Part shown: positions 25,131-37,720 of the stretch, piece after piece
Position numbering within the stretch: position 1 is the first letter of the stretch
Layout: every line of letters begins with the position of its first letter
Assembly (NCBI GenBank): GCA_030265395.1
Contig: JARFYF010000055.1
Location: forward strand, 17,411,021-17,475,020
Origin: Rhina ancylostomus
Taxonomy: Eukaryota
Direction of reading: 5' to 3'
Length of the DNA stretch: 64,000 nucleotides
Notes under the pieces: generated by a model
The model's database searches: none
Told to the model about the DNA's origin: nothing
Seen by the model: only the letters and a program-made list of their open reading frames with translations
Made by a program: the position numbers and the translations under genes

Positions 25131-25539
25131 AGTAAACCCTGCTGGTAATCGTCTAATGACAGGTGTGGGTATAATTCCCCTTGGATGTTGACAGGAACAG
25201 TCTCGGTGTAGAGGGGCATCTGTATTTGTTCCCTGTGGTGCTGACAATAGACATTTTGCCTCCTTTTGAGGAACCTTCTCACTGAAGCAGTCTGGAAAAC
25301 TGAGAATTTACTGCACTTGCCCACTGTTACACACTTTAAAAAAATAAAGTATTTGCAATTGAAATAACAGAAGGAAGACTTCTTCTGGAAGTGCTGATGG
25401 AAGGGCAAGGGTTGATGACTGATGCTCAGTCTAATGGATCCCAGGGCTCCGTACTGGCTCCAAATGTATTGCTCCTTTTATACAGGTGATTTGGTGTCAG
25501 GGATTGAGATCACACGACCATAATCTGCTTAACCAGGCA

Positions 25540-25810
25540 TTTGCCAAATGGCAAGGATGGCAATAAGAAAAAACTCAGCAGCAATTATGCAGTAGGCCAA
25601 ATGGACAGACAATAATGTATGCAATTTAATGTGGAATACCTCAAGGGGTGCAGTCTTGTTGGCAAAAAGAAATGAAGATAAATTTAATAGAGTAATGCTG
25701 AAGGGGGCAGAGCAACAGAGATTCACTGAAGCAGAATGCATAATCCTTTAAATGTGGCTGCATGCAGATAAAGCCAACTACATTGTGGGTGTTATCAATA
25801 GGGATGTGGG
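25540..25810 (+). mobile_element. Old CR1 RT fragment
   Basis: Contains 'aaatggacagacaataatgtatgcaatttaatgtggaa' (W...W.MQFNVE-like) and 'gagcaacagagatt' (E.RDL-like) motifs. Confidence 0.5.
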
Positions 25811-26654
25811 GAATAACAACAAATAGATTTTAATGCCTTCTTCAAAGCTAGTGGGATTCATTATAGATGGTAAGGATTAATAGACTAGGTGGGCTAAATG
25901 ACCCCTTCTCTACTGTAAACAACTTAATTTTTCCCCAATATACAAATCTGAAAACTATGCGAACTCCACAACAAAATATCAGAGAACTCCAAGTTCCTAC
26001 GCTAAGAATCAAAGTGCTAATTCCCACCGCGGTAATTTTAAGGGGAAGCGAAGAGAATTCTTGAAGTAATCTAGCCCCCACCAAAATAATCAGCATCTAT
26101 CTGCTGCACTGTGTATTGGCAGTGATTTGTAATTGTCAATCTTTTCCTGTTCTGTCAATTGTCCTGAACTACAGTATTCCGCAATTTAAACCTTTGTGAG
26201 CCATTTTGTCTATATGTCATTAAACAAAAAAATTACAAATGGTAGATATGTGGAACAAAAGCAGTAAATACTGGNNNNNNNNNNNNNNNNNNNNNNNNNN
26301 NNNNNNNNNNNNNNNNNNNNNNNNNNNNNNNNNNNNNNNNNNNNNNNNNNNNNNNNNNNNNNNNNNNNNNNNNNTACTGGAAAGAGTTAGCAAGCCAGTC
26401 AGCAACTGTGCTGAGAACAGAATTATTAATATTTTAGGTATGAACTTTTATCTGCCACTTTCTCCTGCTGCAAAATTATTGGCAATATCAGATTAAAGGA
26501 AACCTCTGAAAATTGTTTCTGGTTGCCATAACGGAGAAGTGATTAGCCAGCTCCTTGAGAAAGTAGAGCTAGAAGGAACTGAATAAGAAAGCAGAGGAGA
26601 TCCAAGATCAGGTTTTGGTATCTTAGCTCAAAATCTATAGTAGTAGTGCACTAG

Positions 26655-26945
26655 ACAGGCATGGTAGTAGCGGTTAGCATAACGCTGTGCAGCACCAGCA
26701 ACCCAGGTTCCATTCCTGCCACTGTCTGTAAAGAGTTTGTACATTCTCCTCGTGTCTGCGTGGGTTTTCACTGGGTGATCTGGTTTCCTCCCACATTCCA
26801 AAAATGTACAGGTCAGGAAGTTGTGGGCATGCTATGTTGGCGCCCAAAGCGTGGCAACACTTGCAGGCTGCCCCAGAACACTCTATGCAAAGATGTACTT
26901 CACTGTGTGTTTCGATGTACATGGGACTAATAAAGATATCTTACC
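26655..26945 (+). mobile_element. V-SINE with a non-CR1 (Rex-Babar-like) tail
   Basis: It has a tRNA-like head 'ggcatggtagtagcggttagc...ccaggttccattcc', a V-domain 'gggttttcactgggtgatctggtttcctcccacattccaaaa' and a tail 'ttcactgtgtgtttcgatgtacatgggactaataaagatatctta'. Confidence 0.85.
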
Positions 26946-28084
26946 TTAGTGTAGCTAAAACCAATGGATGGCAAAGCCTTGGAACCACAATAAAGAACAG
27001 AGAGCAATTCTCTTATTTTGCTTGTCTTGGTCACATTATTGACTTTGTAGGATTTATAAAAAATTTTTTAGGTTAATCAGAGGTTGCCACAACCAAAATG
27101 TTAACCTTGTTGTAATTTATTGTTTTATTTAACAGAATGCAGAAGATTCACAGAGAGTGTTTCAAGCAGCCTTTAAAGTGGCACTATAATTTAAAACGCA
27201 GAATACCCAATTATACTGCTTCCACAACTGGGGAGATTAATATTTGATTAACATCCTGCATGATAATTTTCTATTTTATTTTCTGGACTAACTCTTCCTT
27301 CATCTTACAATAACTGCTCTCCCCCCCCCCCCATTCTGACTGACAAAAATAAATGTTCCAGTTCCTTTCCTTCTCTCTTTCCAATCATTATGTAGACAGC
27401 AACTGGTACCTATTATGGTTTCTCACAGACACCCAAAGCTTTGTAGCAGTAGCCTTCCTGGCAAACTACATGTTACTTTTTGAATTTGGGCAACCTTCTC
27501 AATTTCCTTACCAACTACAACTCTTTTAGCAATTAACTATCCCAGGGCTCTAATCAAAACTTTCTTTTCCTTGAAACCTGTGTTTGAAAAATCCAAAAAT
27601 CCTTCAGACTATTTCTTAATCATCTGCTATACCAAGCATGACAAAAAATTAATTGCACCTCTTTCTCTTTGAGTTATCATTCATCTTGACTGATGTTCTG
27701 CCCCATGACATTGCACATCCTTCCTTATTCCATCAAGACTTGAAGGTCTGCTTCTGAAATATGATGAACTTCTGAGCTTTGTCCTCTAAAATACCAGGAA
27801 CACCCTGTCCCTGCTGATGAAAGGACAAAAAAAAATAACAGGGCAAATGAACAAATTTCTGTGATGTGCACTATGAATTCTAACTGACATGAAAAAGTAT
27901 TTTTTTTGAGGGCAGACAATAATTCTTTGCTTACAATTCACAAGATATACAAATTGGAAGAAAATAAAATTCCTTCCACACAGCCTTAGTCCAAATAGGA
28001 AATACAAGTTCAATTCCAGAGTTAGGTGTCAGTAGTTACTAGTTTTGACAACAAGGCAGCCTTTGCCTGAATATGACATTCAGA

Positions 28085-28900
28085 AACCCAAGAAAAATTG
28101 ACGTTAATGGCAATCAAGAGAAAAACTCTTATCTGGCTGGAGTCATACAAGCACAAGGGCGAATGGCTGTGATTGCTGCAGGTCAATAACCTCAGCCCCT
28201 GAACTTCACTGTAGTAGTTCCACAGGGTAGTACATTAGACCTTTTCTTCCACGATAAGATCAGAGGTGGGCATGTTGCTGATGACTGCAAAGTGCTCAGT
28301 TCCATTTCCAACTTCTCAGGTCATGAAACAGTCTGTGCCAATAGATAGTAAGACCTGGACAAGGTTGGCTGATAAGCAGCATGTAACCAGTACTTAGATT
28401 CTTTCTGGTTGAAGAAGCTTAACCATCTCCCACTGACATTCCAGTGACCCCCTTCCATCAATATCCTAGTATCATCATTGGCCAGAAGCTTAACTAATCC
28501 AGATAAATAATGCAGGCAGCTACAAGAGCAGCTCAGACACGACTTCCTGATTGGCATGGAACCTTTCTGATTGGCATGGAACCTTTCACCCTAAACAATT
28601 AGTCTCTCTACTACAATTACACTCTGGTTGCAAAGGTTATTGCAACAGAATGCCTTGACAATTAGTTAAACCTTATTGCAGTGGCACCTCTGAAACTCTA
28701 TAACATCTATAAGATCAAGACAGCAGGCACAACGGCAGGTTCCCCTCCAAGCAACACAACATTCTGACATTGAAATACATCATTTTTCTTTCATCAATGC
28801 CTGGTCTAAATCCTGGAATTGCCCATCAACAGCACTGAGAGAGTGCATTGATCAAAAGGACAACAACACCTTCATGAGCAATTGGAGTTGGGCAACTCCA
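28085..28900 (+). mobile_element. Old CR1-group LINE RT and 3' relic
   Basis: Contains WLESY...R.MAV...GQ, VPQGS.L and an ADDC motif, and a later 3' segment 'aaatcctggaattgccc...aacagcactg' matching the family at 48240-48505. Confidence 0.6.
28547..28586. repeat. Perfect 20-bp tandem duplication
   Basis: ctgattggcatggaaccttt occurs twice in tandem. Confidence 0.9.
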
Positions 28901-29201
28901 ATTCACTTCTTGACCACTTGCAAACCTTCTCCGACTCTTTTCCAGCCTCTCCCCAACACCCCACAACTACACTCCACCCACTCAATTATGTTCTACCCCA
29001 ACCTCCCAAGACTAATCCCAATAAACCCATCTATTCTTGAGATGCAGCCTTATGTCACAGGATTTCCTATAGAACAGGGAGACAAGTCTTTCAATCAGGT
29101 TGGCTTTCTGGTGGGCATACTGTTTTTCAAAAAAAAAGTACAAATGTTGTATTGTTAAAACTTTGAAGGAAAATGACCTTCTCAGTGAAGAAAGCATAAC
29201 T

Positions 29202-30646
29202 CTTTTTTTTAAACAAAGTAAACTTTATTCATAATAAAAGACAAACTGCATACAATCATGAAACAGTGCAAACCTTTACATTCATGTACAGATCATTAGT
29301 GTTATGCTTTGTAAAAAAACACAGCACCAATGCCACCCATGTGACTCCCTGGGGTAATACCCCAATCCCATATTAACAATATATAAGGGGCTTCCTTGCC
29401 TGACTCCACCCCACCCTCTCCTGTGGCAGAAGAACCCTAAACTGTTGTCCTTCCCTACTGAGCCCTTGCATTGGCTGCTTCCAGCTTCATTGCATCCCTC
29501 AGCACATACTCCTGCAGCCTGGAATGTGCCAGTCAGCAGCATTCCCCTACAGACATCTCAGAGTGCTGGGAGACCAACAATTTACGGGCAGCCCAAAGGA
29601 CGTCTTTCACTGAGTTGATGACCTTCCAGCAGCAGTTGATGTCCGTCTGTGTATGTGTCCCTAGGAACAGCCTGTAGATCAGAGAATCCTCTGTTACACA
29701 GCTGCTGGGGATGAAATGTGACAAGGACCCTTGCATCTTTCACTACACCCTCCATGCAAACCCACAGCCCACAAAGAGGTGGGCAACCATTTCATCCCCA
29801 GCACAGTCCTCCGGGGGGCTGTGCACACTGGGAGCAATGTTCTGACCATGCAGGAAGGATCTGACTGGGAGGGTCCCTCTCACTGCCAGCCAAGCAAGGT
29901 CTTGGTACTTCTAGGCGAGTTCTGGTGATGAGGCATTCTGCCAGATGGTCTGGACAGCCTGCTCAGGGAACCACCCCACAGTATCCATCAAATCCTTCTG
30001 CTGCAGTGTCTGCAGGATGTTACATGCTGACCACTGCCTGATGGACTTGCGGTCAAAGGTGTGGGTCTGGAAGAACTTTTCCAGAAAGGATGGGTAGTGT
30101 GGCAACATCCAGCTGACTGGGGCATTGCGCTGCAATGGGGCCAGGCCCATCCTTTGCAGCAGCCGGGACAGGTAGAATCTTGGTACTTAGTGACACTTGG
30201 TGCCCACGTACTTTGGTTCCATGCACAGCCTGATGCAGCCACAGATGGAGGTCATCAGGATGAGGGTGACATTGGGGACATCTTTACCCCCATTGTCCAA
30301 GGACTTGTGCATGGTGACCCATCAGACCCCCTCCATTCTTGGATCTCCAGATGAACTGGAANNNNNNNNNNNNNNNNNNNNNNNNNNNNNNNNNNNNNNN
30401 NNNNNNNNNNNNNNNNNNNNNNNNNNNNNNNNNNNNNNNNNNNNNNNNNNNNNNNNNNNNNCCCAGTTTCTGCTTCACCTTCCCAACCTGCTCCCGCCAA
30501 TTTTTGTTGCATGCCTCGGCCCCTCCAAACCAGATCCCCAGCACCTTCAGATAGTCAGGGCTGACAGCGAAAGGGACATTGGATGGCCTGACCCATGCAG
30601 TTAACTCTGGCCCCTGATGCCAGCTCAAACTGGTCACAGATGCTCC
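29202..30646 (-). mobile_element. Tx1/L1-clade non-LTR retrotransposon, 5'-truncated, with a polyA tail and an 11-bp TSD
   Basis: The reverse strand gives SICDQFELASGARVN, YLKVLGIWFGGAEACNKNW.EQ.GKVKQKL, FQFIWRSK, HYPSFLEKFF and LFLGTHTQTDINCCWKVINSVKD.LWAAR.LLV.QHSEMSVGECC. It ends in AATAAA plus A8 (T-run at 29203-29210). The flanks are aaagcataact (29191-29201) and aaagcacaact (30647-30657). Confidence 0.88.
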
Positions 30647-31994
30647 AAAGCACAACTTATTTGCCTTTGCTGTTCCCTGCCTCTAACCTGCCATCCATAA
30701 CGCAGCCTCAAAACTCCACACCAGTAATACTAGGGCAAACACACCAGTGTTTGGTGAAGTGAAGTGAACTCCTCCCTTGTATTAGCTGGAGCAGCCAAGC
30801 ATCTACAAGAGGAATGCAGGAACTCCCATTGCAATTTCTTGACAATTAAGTACTTTCCAACTATACTATTATAAGAAACGTAACAATTAATTTGTTCAAA
30901 GAAAGCTCTCACAGAGAACAATGTGTGAATGACCAGGAAAATCATCTTGAAAGAGCATTAGATGTTGGTTAGACCACTTTGAATAACTTCACTGCTCTTA
31001 TTTGAATTAGAACATTTTTCATTTCCACCTGAACACCTTCCACAGAGTAAATCTAAGATTTTTGTACAAGCCTTTGGAGTGAGATGTAACTCTTCGAACT
31101 CAGAGTAAGCCATATCTGATACTCGACTACACTCTGAGAAGCCAGTCCCACACTGATTAATAGTCAGGAACACTTTTTACACGTGCCACATTGAGAGATA
31201 GAATTATCCATAAAAATCATTAATCCATTATCATTCATCCTAGTCAACATGCCTATATAGTTTTGTATAGGTGAAACAAATAATAAAAGAAATGTTTTGA
31301 TGTACCATTTGAAATTAAAAAATATTAAAATAAACAAATATAGAGCAGGCAGAACTGTTCTAAATGTTGTTCAGCTTTGCAAGTAAACTTAGAATCCACT
31401 TGCAGAGAGCCTTTAAGTTTGTTCAAATACATTTGGCTACAGTAGCAGTTCAAGGAGAAAGAACAGCATGATTTACACTGCAGTGACCCAGAAAGATACA
31501 AATGTCATTAAACTGTGATATTCATGATTAAGTATCCATTGGTGACTCTGCAGCTTCAAGGTACTTGCGAACAAGACAAATTACTTGCTTTCTGTTTTTA
31601 TTTGAAGAGCAGGTTCCCTTCAGACTGATATAGTTAGGTTTTAGACAGTGAACTTAGCCTTTCTGACTTAGTGATCCATTGCAATCAATCGTACATTGAG
31701 AATAGTGGATAACTTCTTAAGAATATAGCCACACAAAAATGTACCGATGTGTAATAATTGGCAGTTTTCTCATTTGTCCCTCTGAAACAAATAACAAATA
31801 ACTTTTACAGGATCTCTGCAAGTGGATACTAAGTTTACTTGGAAATATACTGTTCATTTTGAAGTATCAAACATCTCTAATTCAGTCCTTGTTGGTTCAG
31901 AATAATCGCTGATTATTCATTTTTTTAAAAGTTGCAATGCAGTTAATATTTAACATTAGATATAATTTGGAACCCAAGTATTGTTATAGAATAA

Positions 31995-32180
31995 TACAGA
32001 AAATGCTGGCAATATCAGCAGGCTGGCAGCATGTGTGAAGTGAGAAACAGAGTCAACATTTTAGGTGAATGAAATATTCTCACTCAATAGATGCTGCCTG
32101 ACCTTTGAGTATTTGTAGCATTTTCTGCTTTATTTTAATTCTATTTAGTATTTCCAGAAATGGCAGTATTTTGCTTTTGG
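31995..32180. mobile_element. Palindromic PLE-derived element with a centrally deleted core
   Basis: The arm 'cagaaaatgctggcaatatcagcaggctggcagcat' is inverted relative to 'gatgctgcctgacctttgagtatttgtagcattttctg'. Confidence 0.7.
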
Positions 32181-32469
32181 ATTAGCGTTGATTAGATATA
32201 ATTTACAGTTGGTTGAAAGGATTTNNNNNNNNNNNNNNNNNNNNNNNNNNNNNNNNNNNNNNNNNNNNNNNNNNNNNNNNNNNNNNNNNNNNNNNNNNNN
32301 NNNNNNNNNNNNNNNNNNNNNNNNNNNNNNNNNNNNNNNNNNNNNNNNNNNNNNNNNNNNNNNNNNNNNNNNNNNNNNNNNNNNNNNNNNNNNNNNNNNN
32401 NNNNNNNNNNNNNNNNNNNATTTAATACCAGGACCCAAGTATATAATGCTGGTGCCTTCCAAAAGAGAA

Positions 32470-32575
32470 TAATGGTCATTATTTTTGCTGATGCTGGTGA
32501 GATCTAAGGAAGTGGATAACCATCTGTTGGCCTACATTACAACAACCAATACATTTCAAAACAATGCATTGGTGA
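32470..32575 (+). mobile_element. Deu-domain SINE (SacSINE1/AmnSINE1-like) 3' relic
   Basis: The sequence 'tggtcattatttttgctg...cctacattacaacaaccaatacatttcaaaa...cattgg' resembles the Deu-SINE 3' part. Confidence 0.5.
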
Positions 32576-34289
32576 TACTATTAGAAACCAAAAGGGTCAT
32601 AATGTTGGTGGTATTGGAACAGCCATACATTATACCCCATCCCTCAATGGAAAGGAAAAATTAGACATGTGAATATCATTGTTACTGGCAAGAGTTACAT
32701 CCCAGCAGATTTGACAATTGCCCAAGTTGTAGGTGAGGCACATTGAAGTGTCTAGAAACTTTACAATAATACTATTGTTTATGATTTGATAGACTAGTCT
32801 GCTTCCTATTCCAGTATGGAAAATATTCAGTCATACAACATATCTTTACCGAAAGTACTAACGTGTGTATATAATCATAAATAACTCATTTAAATACCCT
32901 GTGAGAGTCGTGAATTTAGGGATTCATGTTTGTTTTGGGAGCCTGATCCTACATTTTAATCTCACTGAGATTTCTATATAATCTTTTATTCTAGTATATA
33001 CTCTGCTTAACAATACTAATCTCATTAACAAAATGTTTCATTTCAGTATACTGAATTAATTCCTCATTTTAATCATCATTTTGTCTATGAACCATGCATG
33101 ATGGATTCATTATAGAGCAGGTTTATCTTAATTTCCCGTAAAATAGATTATCACCTTGATTCCAACAGAAATCTCAACTTTCTAATTTGGCTGTTGGTGA
33201 TTATAATATTTTCCACTTTGCAAACTGCAGTAATTGCTTCTAAATGTTATTTGTGTTTTGTATCATGTAGACTAATGCAATTTACCTAACCACTGGAGCA
33301 AAACTTTACATTCTCTTTGCTTTCTGGACCCTACCCCCATGATCATGACCCCAGCATAATAGCCATTTTCTGTGCAATTTTTGTGTTACATTGTGTACAA
33401 CACAGAGCAAGCAATTTGTTTCTAACCACTGCATTACAGTGACAAGATAACAAACTAATANNNNNNNNNNNNNNNNNNNNNNNNNNNNNNNNNNNNNNNN
33501 NNNNNNNNNNNNNNNNNNNNNNNNNNNNNNNTTTGCTTTATTTCAGCCCATCTAAGTGTACTATTTCTACATTCATCTTCACTCTGTTATAGTGTTAATA
33601 TATGCTTCCATATCTCTACTCCACACTTGTTTCAAAAGTCGATTTTCTAAATTACTATTTCATTGGTGCCCAGTCTGATTCTATTTATTCCCCCATTCTT
33701 AGTAGCCCTGGCCTACTTCTCAGATATTGCAGCATCTGCATCACCTAAACCCTTCATCTGTTTTGAGAACAAATTAGTTCTTATTTCAAAATATGTGGCA
33801 GTCGAACTGAACATGTGACACATTAACAAATTAATTACTGGCTGTTCCCTTCAAGATTTGATTCCTTCTTACTATAGGTCTTACTATATCAACTATCTGA
33901 AAGGTTTACCCATGTAAAACTCTGCAATGTATCCTTGCTAGCACAGCCCCATACTCTTTTTAGTTCAGTCCTGTCACAGTTTGTTAGGTTACTCCATAAT
34001 GCTGACTTGAAACATGTCAGTGGTTTGCAATTCCTCTCTGGCTTCCACTGTTCCTCTCTTAAGATCTACTTGTTTCCATCCCATGACTCCTTCTATTCCA
34101 TCATTGGAAGCTACCTGTTCAGTCATTATGTTTCTGTCAAACCTCCCACCCACACCTACCACTTTATCAGATAGAAGCCTTCTCAAAAACTTCAATTTCT
34201 ATGCGCCTTTCATTCTTCCTCTAACCATCTCCACTTCTTCCAGATTTACCAATCACTTTGACCGTTTGGGTGAAAAGTATACCAACATC

Positions 34290-34960
34290 TGTATCAGGAG
34301 CTGGAGGCGGCCACTTTGGCCCTTGAGTCTCCTTCATCATTCCATAAGATCATGGCTAAGCTGATCAAACCCCAGCTCCACATTCCCACATGTTCCCCAG
34401 TAATCTTTCACCCCCTTGCTTATCAGGGATCTATCTATTGCTGCCTTTAAAATATCAAAAGACTCTGCTTCCACTGCAAAGGGAGTTCCAAAGACTCACA
34501 ATCCTCCAAGAGAGCAAAAAACTCATATCAGTCTTAAATGGACAACCCATTATATTTAAGCTGTGATCTGCCCTGTTCCAGAGTCTCCCACAAGATGAAA
34601 CATCCGCCCCAAACCTAACTTGCCAAGGTACCTCAAGATTTTGTACATTTCAATCTCACTCATCTAAACTCTAGCAGATACAAGCCTAGCCTGTCCAATC
34701 TTTTCTCAGGAAACAACCTGCCCATTTCAGGTATTAGTGTGGTAATACCTCTAATAATAGTGTAGTACAGGCATGGTAGTGTATGCACCCAGAACACTAC
34801 GCAAAAAAAAATGCATTTCACTGTGATTCAATGTATATGTGACTAATAAAGATATCTTATGAACAGCTTCCAGCACATTTACACTCTTACTTAAATAAGG
34901 AGACTAATACTGAACACAGTACTCCAGATGTGGTGTCACCATTGTCCTATATAACTGAAA
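34290..34960 (-). mobile_element. CR1 3' fragment interrupted by a SINE remnant
   Basis: It is collinear with the CR1 at 42250-42790, except for an insertion at about 34752-34859. Confidence 0.8.
34752..34859 (+). mobile_element. Internally deleted copy of the Rex-tailed SINE (head plus tail only)
   Basis: The head 'acaggcatggtagtg' is joined directly to 'cccagaacactacgcaaa...tttcactgtgattcaatgtatatgtgactaataaagatatctta'. Both parts match 26655-26945. Confidence 0.8.
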
Positions 34961-34967
34961 TATACTT

Positions 34968-35135
34968 TGTTTGCACTTTATTTATCTACCTGCACTTTCC
35001 TCTGTAAATCAACACTATATTCTGCATTCTGTTTTGTTTTTACTACTTTGATGTAATTATGTATGGCATGATCTGTCCGGAATGCANNNNNNNNNNNNNN
35101 NNNNNNNNNNNNNNATGACAATAATAAGCCAATAC
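34968..35135 (+). mobile_element. Rex-Babar 3'UTR fragment spanning a small gap
   Basis: The sequence 'ttgcacttta...tctacctgcactttc...tctgcattctgt...atgatctgt...gacaataataagccaat' matches the 3'UTR at 12848-13045. Confidence 0.75.
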
Positions 35136-35519
35136 TTTTGTATTAATTTCCTCTCACAATAAAACAATAACATTCTATTGGGTGCAAATACCTGTATACT
35201 AGCACTAGGATACTTCTACATCTTAGAAGTCTGCAGTCTTTCACCATAACATGCTTGTTTTTATTTTTCTTGCCAGTTTCACATTCTCCCACTTTACACT
35301 TCATCAGCAAGATCCTTGCCCACTCACTTGCGTGCAATCCCTTTGCAGCATCCTTTTGTCTATTCACAACTCACTCTCCTACCTATCTTGGTATTATCAG
35401 CAAATATAGCAAGGCTACCTTTGATTTCTTCATCAAAGCCATTTGTTTTAACTATAAAAGACTGAGGTTCCAGCACATTCCCTGCACCACACTTTGTCTG
35501 CAGAAAAAGAACCATTTAT

Positions 35520-35612
35520 GGCTGAGCAGAGTTTCGGCCTGAAACTCGATCCTTCCTTCCCCCTCCACAGATGCTGCTGGACCTGCTAGTTCCTCCAGCA
35601 CATTGTTTATTA
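35520..35612 (+). mobile_element. Single arm of the PLE-derived repeat with a degenerate hammerhead-like core
   Basis: Reads 'ctgagca gagtttcggcct gaaac tcga...ccacagatgctgctggacctgctagttcctccagca'. Confidence 0.65.
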
Positions 35613-35879
35613 CAGCCATTCATGCCTGTTTCCTGTTAGCCAACCACGTCAACGTGCTACCTCCTGCACCACACCTTTTTCCAACCTTACTCAATTATAC
35701 AGAACTAAGATACATCTGTCCTGAAACCTTAAATACAAATTCGGCCTGTTAAACTTCACAGTCAGCTCTCGCCACTGTCATTAAGTTGCAGCTGCCTGAT
35801 TTTTTGGAAGTACTAAATTATTTTATTAACGTTTTTTTATTTGACTGTACTTGTCCCCTGTGTACTTTGGGTAGAGTTG

Positions 35880-37720
35880 CAAACATCCGAATAAAGCGCC
35901 TTTACCCTAACAGGATTCCCCTGAACATCTTTCTTACTTCCGCCCCCACACTTTTAGACGCATTTCGGAATAAAACCTCGTCTGGTCGCGAATTATTGAA
36001 GCTTCAACAGATGAACAAAGACTCACTTGGGATGAAGCCGGTTATTCCTGAACTTTAAAGAAAAACACCATTTTTTTTGGCAGGTGTTGCGCTTTGATTT
36101 TCTGCCAGAAGGAATGGCAAAGTTGGAGGGATCACAAGGCAGCTGCGTTAAGCCGATCCACTGGCCTGCAGTTTCCTGCATTCCTCGGTAGCTGGCACTC
36201 TCCATCCGCACAGACAGGCGCAGAAATACAGCAGCGGATCATTTGCGTTGGAAGCAGGAACCCGGTAGCTTCCTGGAAACGATTGCATCGGCTTTGGACG
36301 ATATTATCGTTGCAGTCCTGTCGTGGGATTTCTCCCTTCGCTCTCTCCGCTGGCAAGGACACTCGCGTTAAGGAAAAACTTCACCATCTGGAATTGTCAT
36401 CGGGATTTTGATGCAGCTCCGTCCGAGGTCCTGAAATGCAGTCTGCTTGTTCGGAAATGGATACTACGGGCTCCGCTGCTGAGAAGTTACATTGCAGTTT
36501 CTAGCGCAATGGCACGTGAAGATCTTCACTTCTGATGTCGAGGGGCTTTGCATTGCTTTCAGGATGTGTGGCAGGGTTTGACGGAATGGGCCGTTTCCTG
36601 GTGTACATAAAATCAACGGTGCTACTGTTTTTCAGCTATTTTAACATCTGCCTTATCACAGCAGGTAGGTCAAACATCGGCTGCTGCCGCTTCTCTGCCC
36701 CTGCAGTGAGTTTGTCAAGAAATGTTCTGTGCCATGCAGTTACGTGGGTTTCTTGCCCCCAGGAATTCTGTCAATGGGTACTGAAAGGGCAGCGGTATTG
36801 GAGTAAGATGCTTGGATCCGGTAGATAGTCAACGTGGATTAATCCGAAACTGCTCTATTCTGGTGAAAACAGGTGTCAATCTTCCTAAAACCAATCTTAA
36901 ACACAGACCTTTTGTTGTAAACAAAAACTTGCAAGGAGGGTTGCCCGACCTTAAAAGAGTTGCCCTGTTTAATGATCATTATTTCCCTTGCCGCTTGTTT
37001 ATACAAAAGCCACCGAGATTCGTTCGTCGATGAATGTCGCTGTGTATATGTTTTACCTTTGTTGTAATGGAAAGCAGAGGAACTACCTGATGTCGGTATG
37101 ATTTAACCCTTCACTGAGTACAGCTTTTAACGCTGCAACAAATTAGAATGCTACATTTTAAGGTGGGTTCTAAGTCTCTCCATTTATAGAGAAAGAATCC
37201 ACACTTACTTGCAAAAACGTAGTTCTGTTTGGTAATAGTAACGCAGAATTTAAATTTGTATAATGTTTATAGTGGCAGTGTTAGAAAGCCCACAGGCCGT
37301 TTGGAACCGAATGGTTTTGTGGACTGGATGCCTTCAACTTAAGAACATGTGCACTACGGTGGGACATGCACAATTCTGGAAAAAATCTGAGGGGAGGGAT
37401 TCAAAGAAACCCATACCCGTTAAATTGCTACATTTTCTGTTGTAACCCATCCAAATCATATCCCGTCGGTGAGTTGCCGCCTGTATCTAAACGTCTAAAA
37501 TGTGAATTGCGGCTGTGGTGCGTTCGGACAATGTAATGAGGAGAGGATGATAATAGGATTCTGCACACTATTGCCCATTGCAGCGTGTTGCATACTTTTA
37601 GAGCTACCTGACCGGATGTTTGCCTGTGGCGACTGGTGGTGAAGGCTGCAGCATGATAATGAAGGGAAAATCAATGGAGCAATACCTGTCTGTTACTTCC
37701 AATGCGTCGCGGGATGTTAA
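35880..37720. promoter_or_regulatory. CpG-enriched, repeat-free island; candidate promoter or first-exon region
   Basis: A hand count gives about 30 CpG in 36001-36600, against almost none in the flanking 38-39 kb. I recognised no repeat here. Consensus donors are gtgagt on - (36021-36026) and on + (37469-37474), and there is an E-box CACGTG at 36513-36518. Confidence 0.6.

Noticed and set aside
24869-25247. His/Thr- and Cys/Val-rich ORFs
   Set aside because: They are translations of a degenerate (TG)n tract.
36023-36828. ORFs in the CpG island as ULK2 exon 1 or a new protein
   Set aside because: There is no GHGAF glycine-loop motif, the ORFs are short and overlap on both strands, and I recognise no homology.
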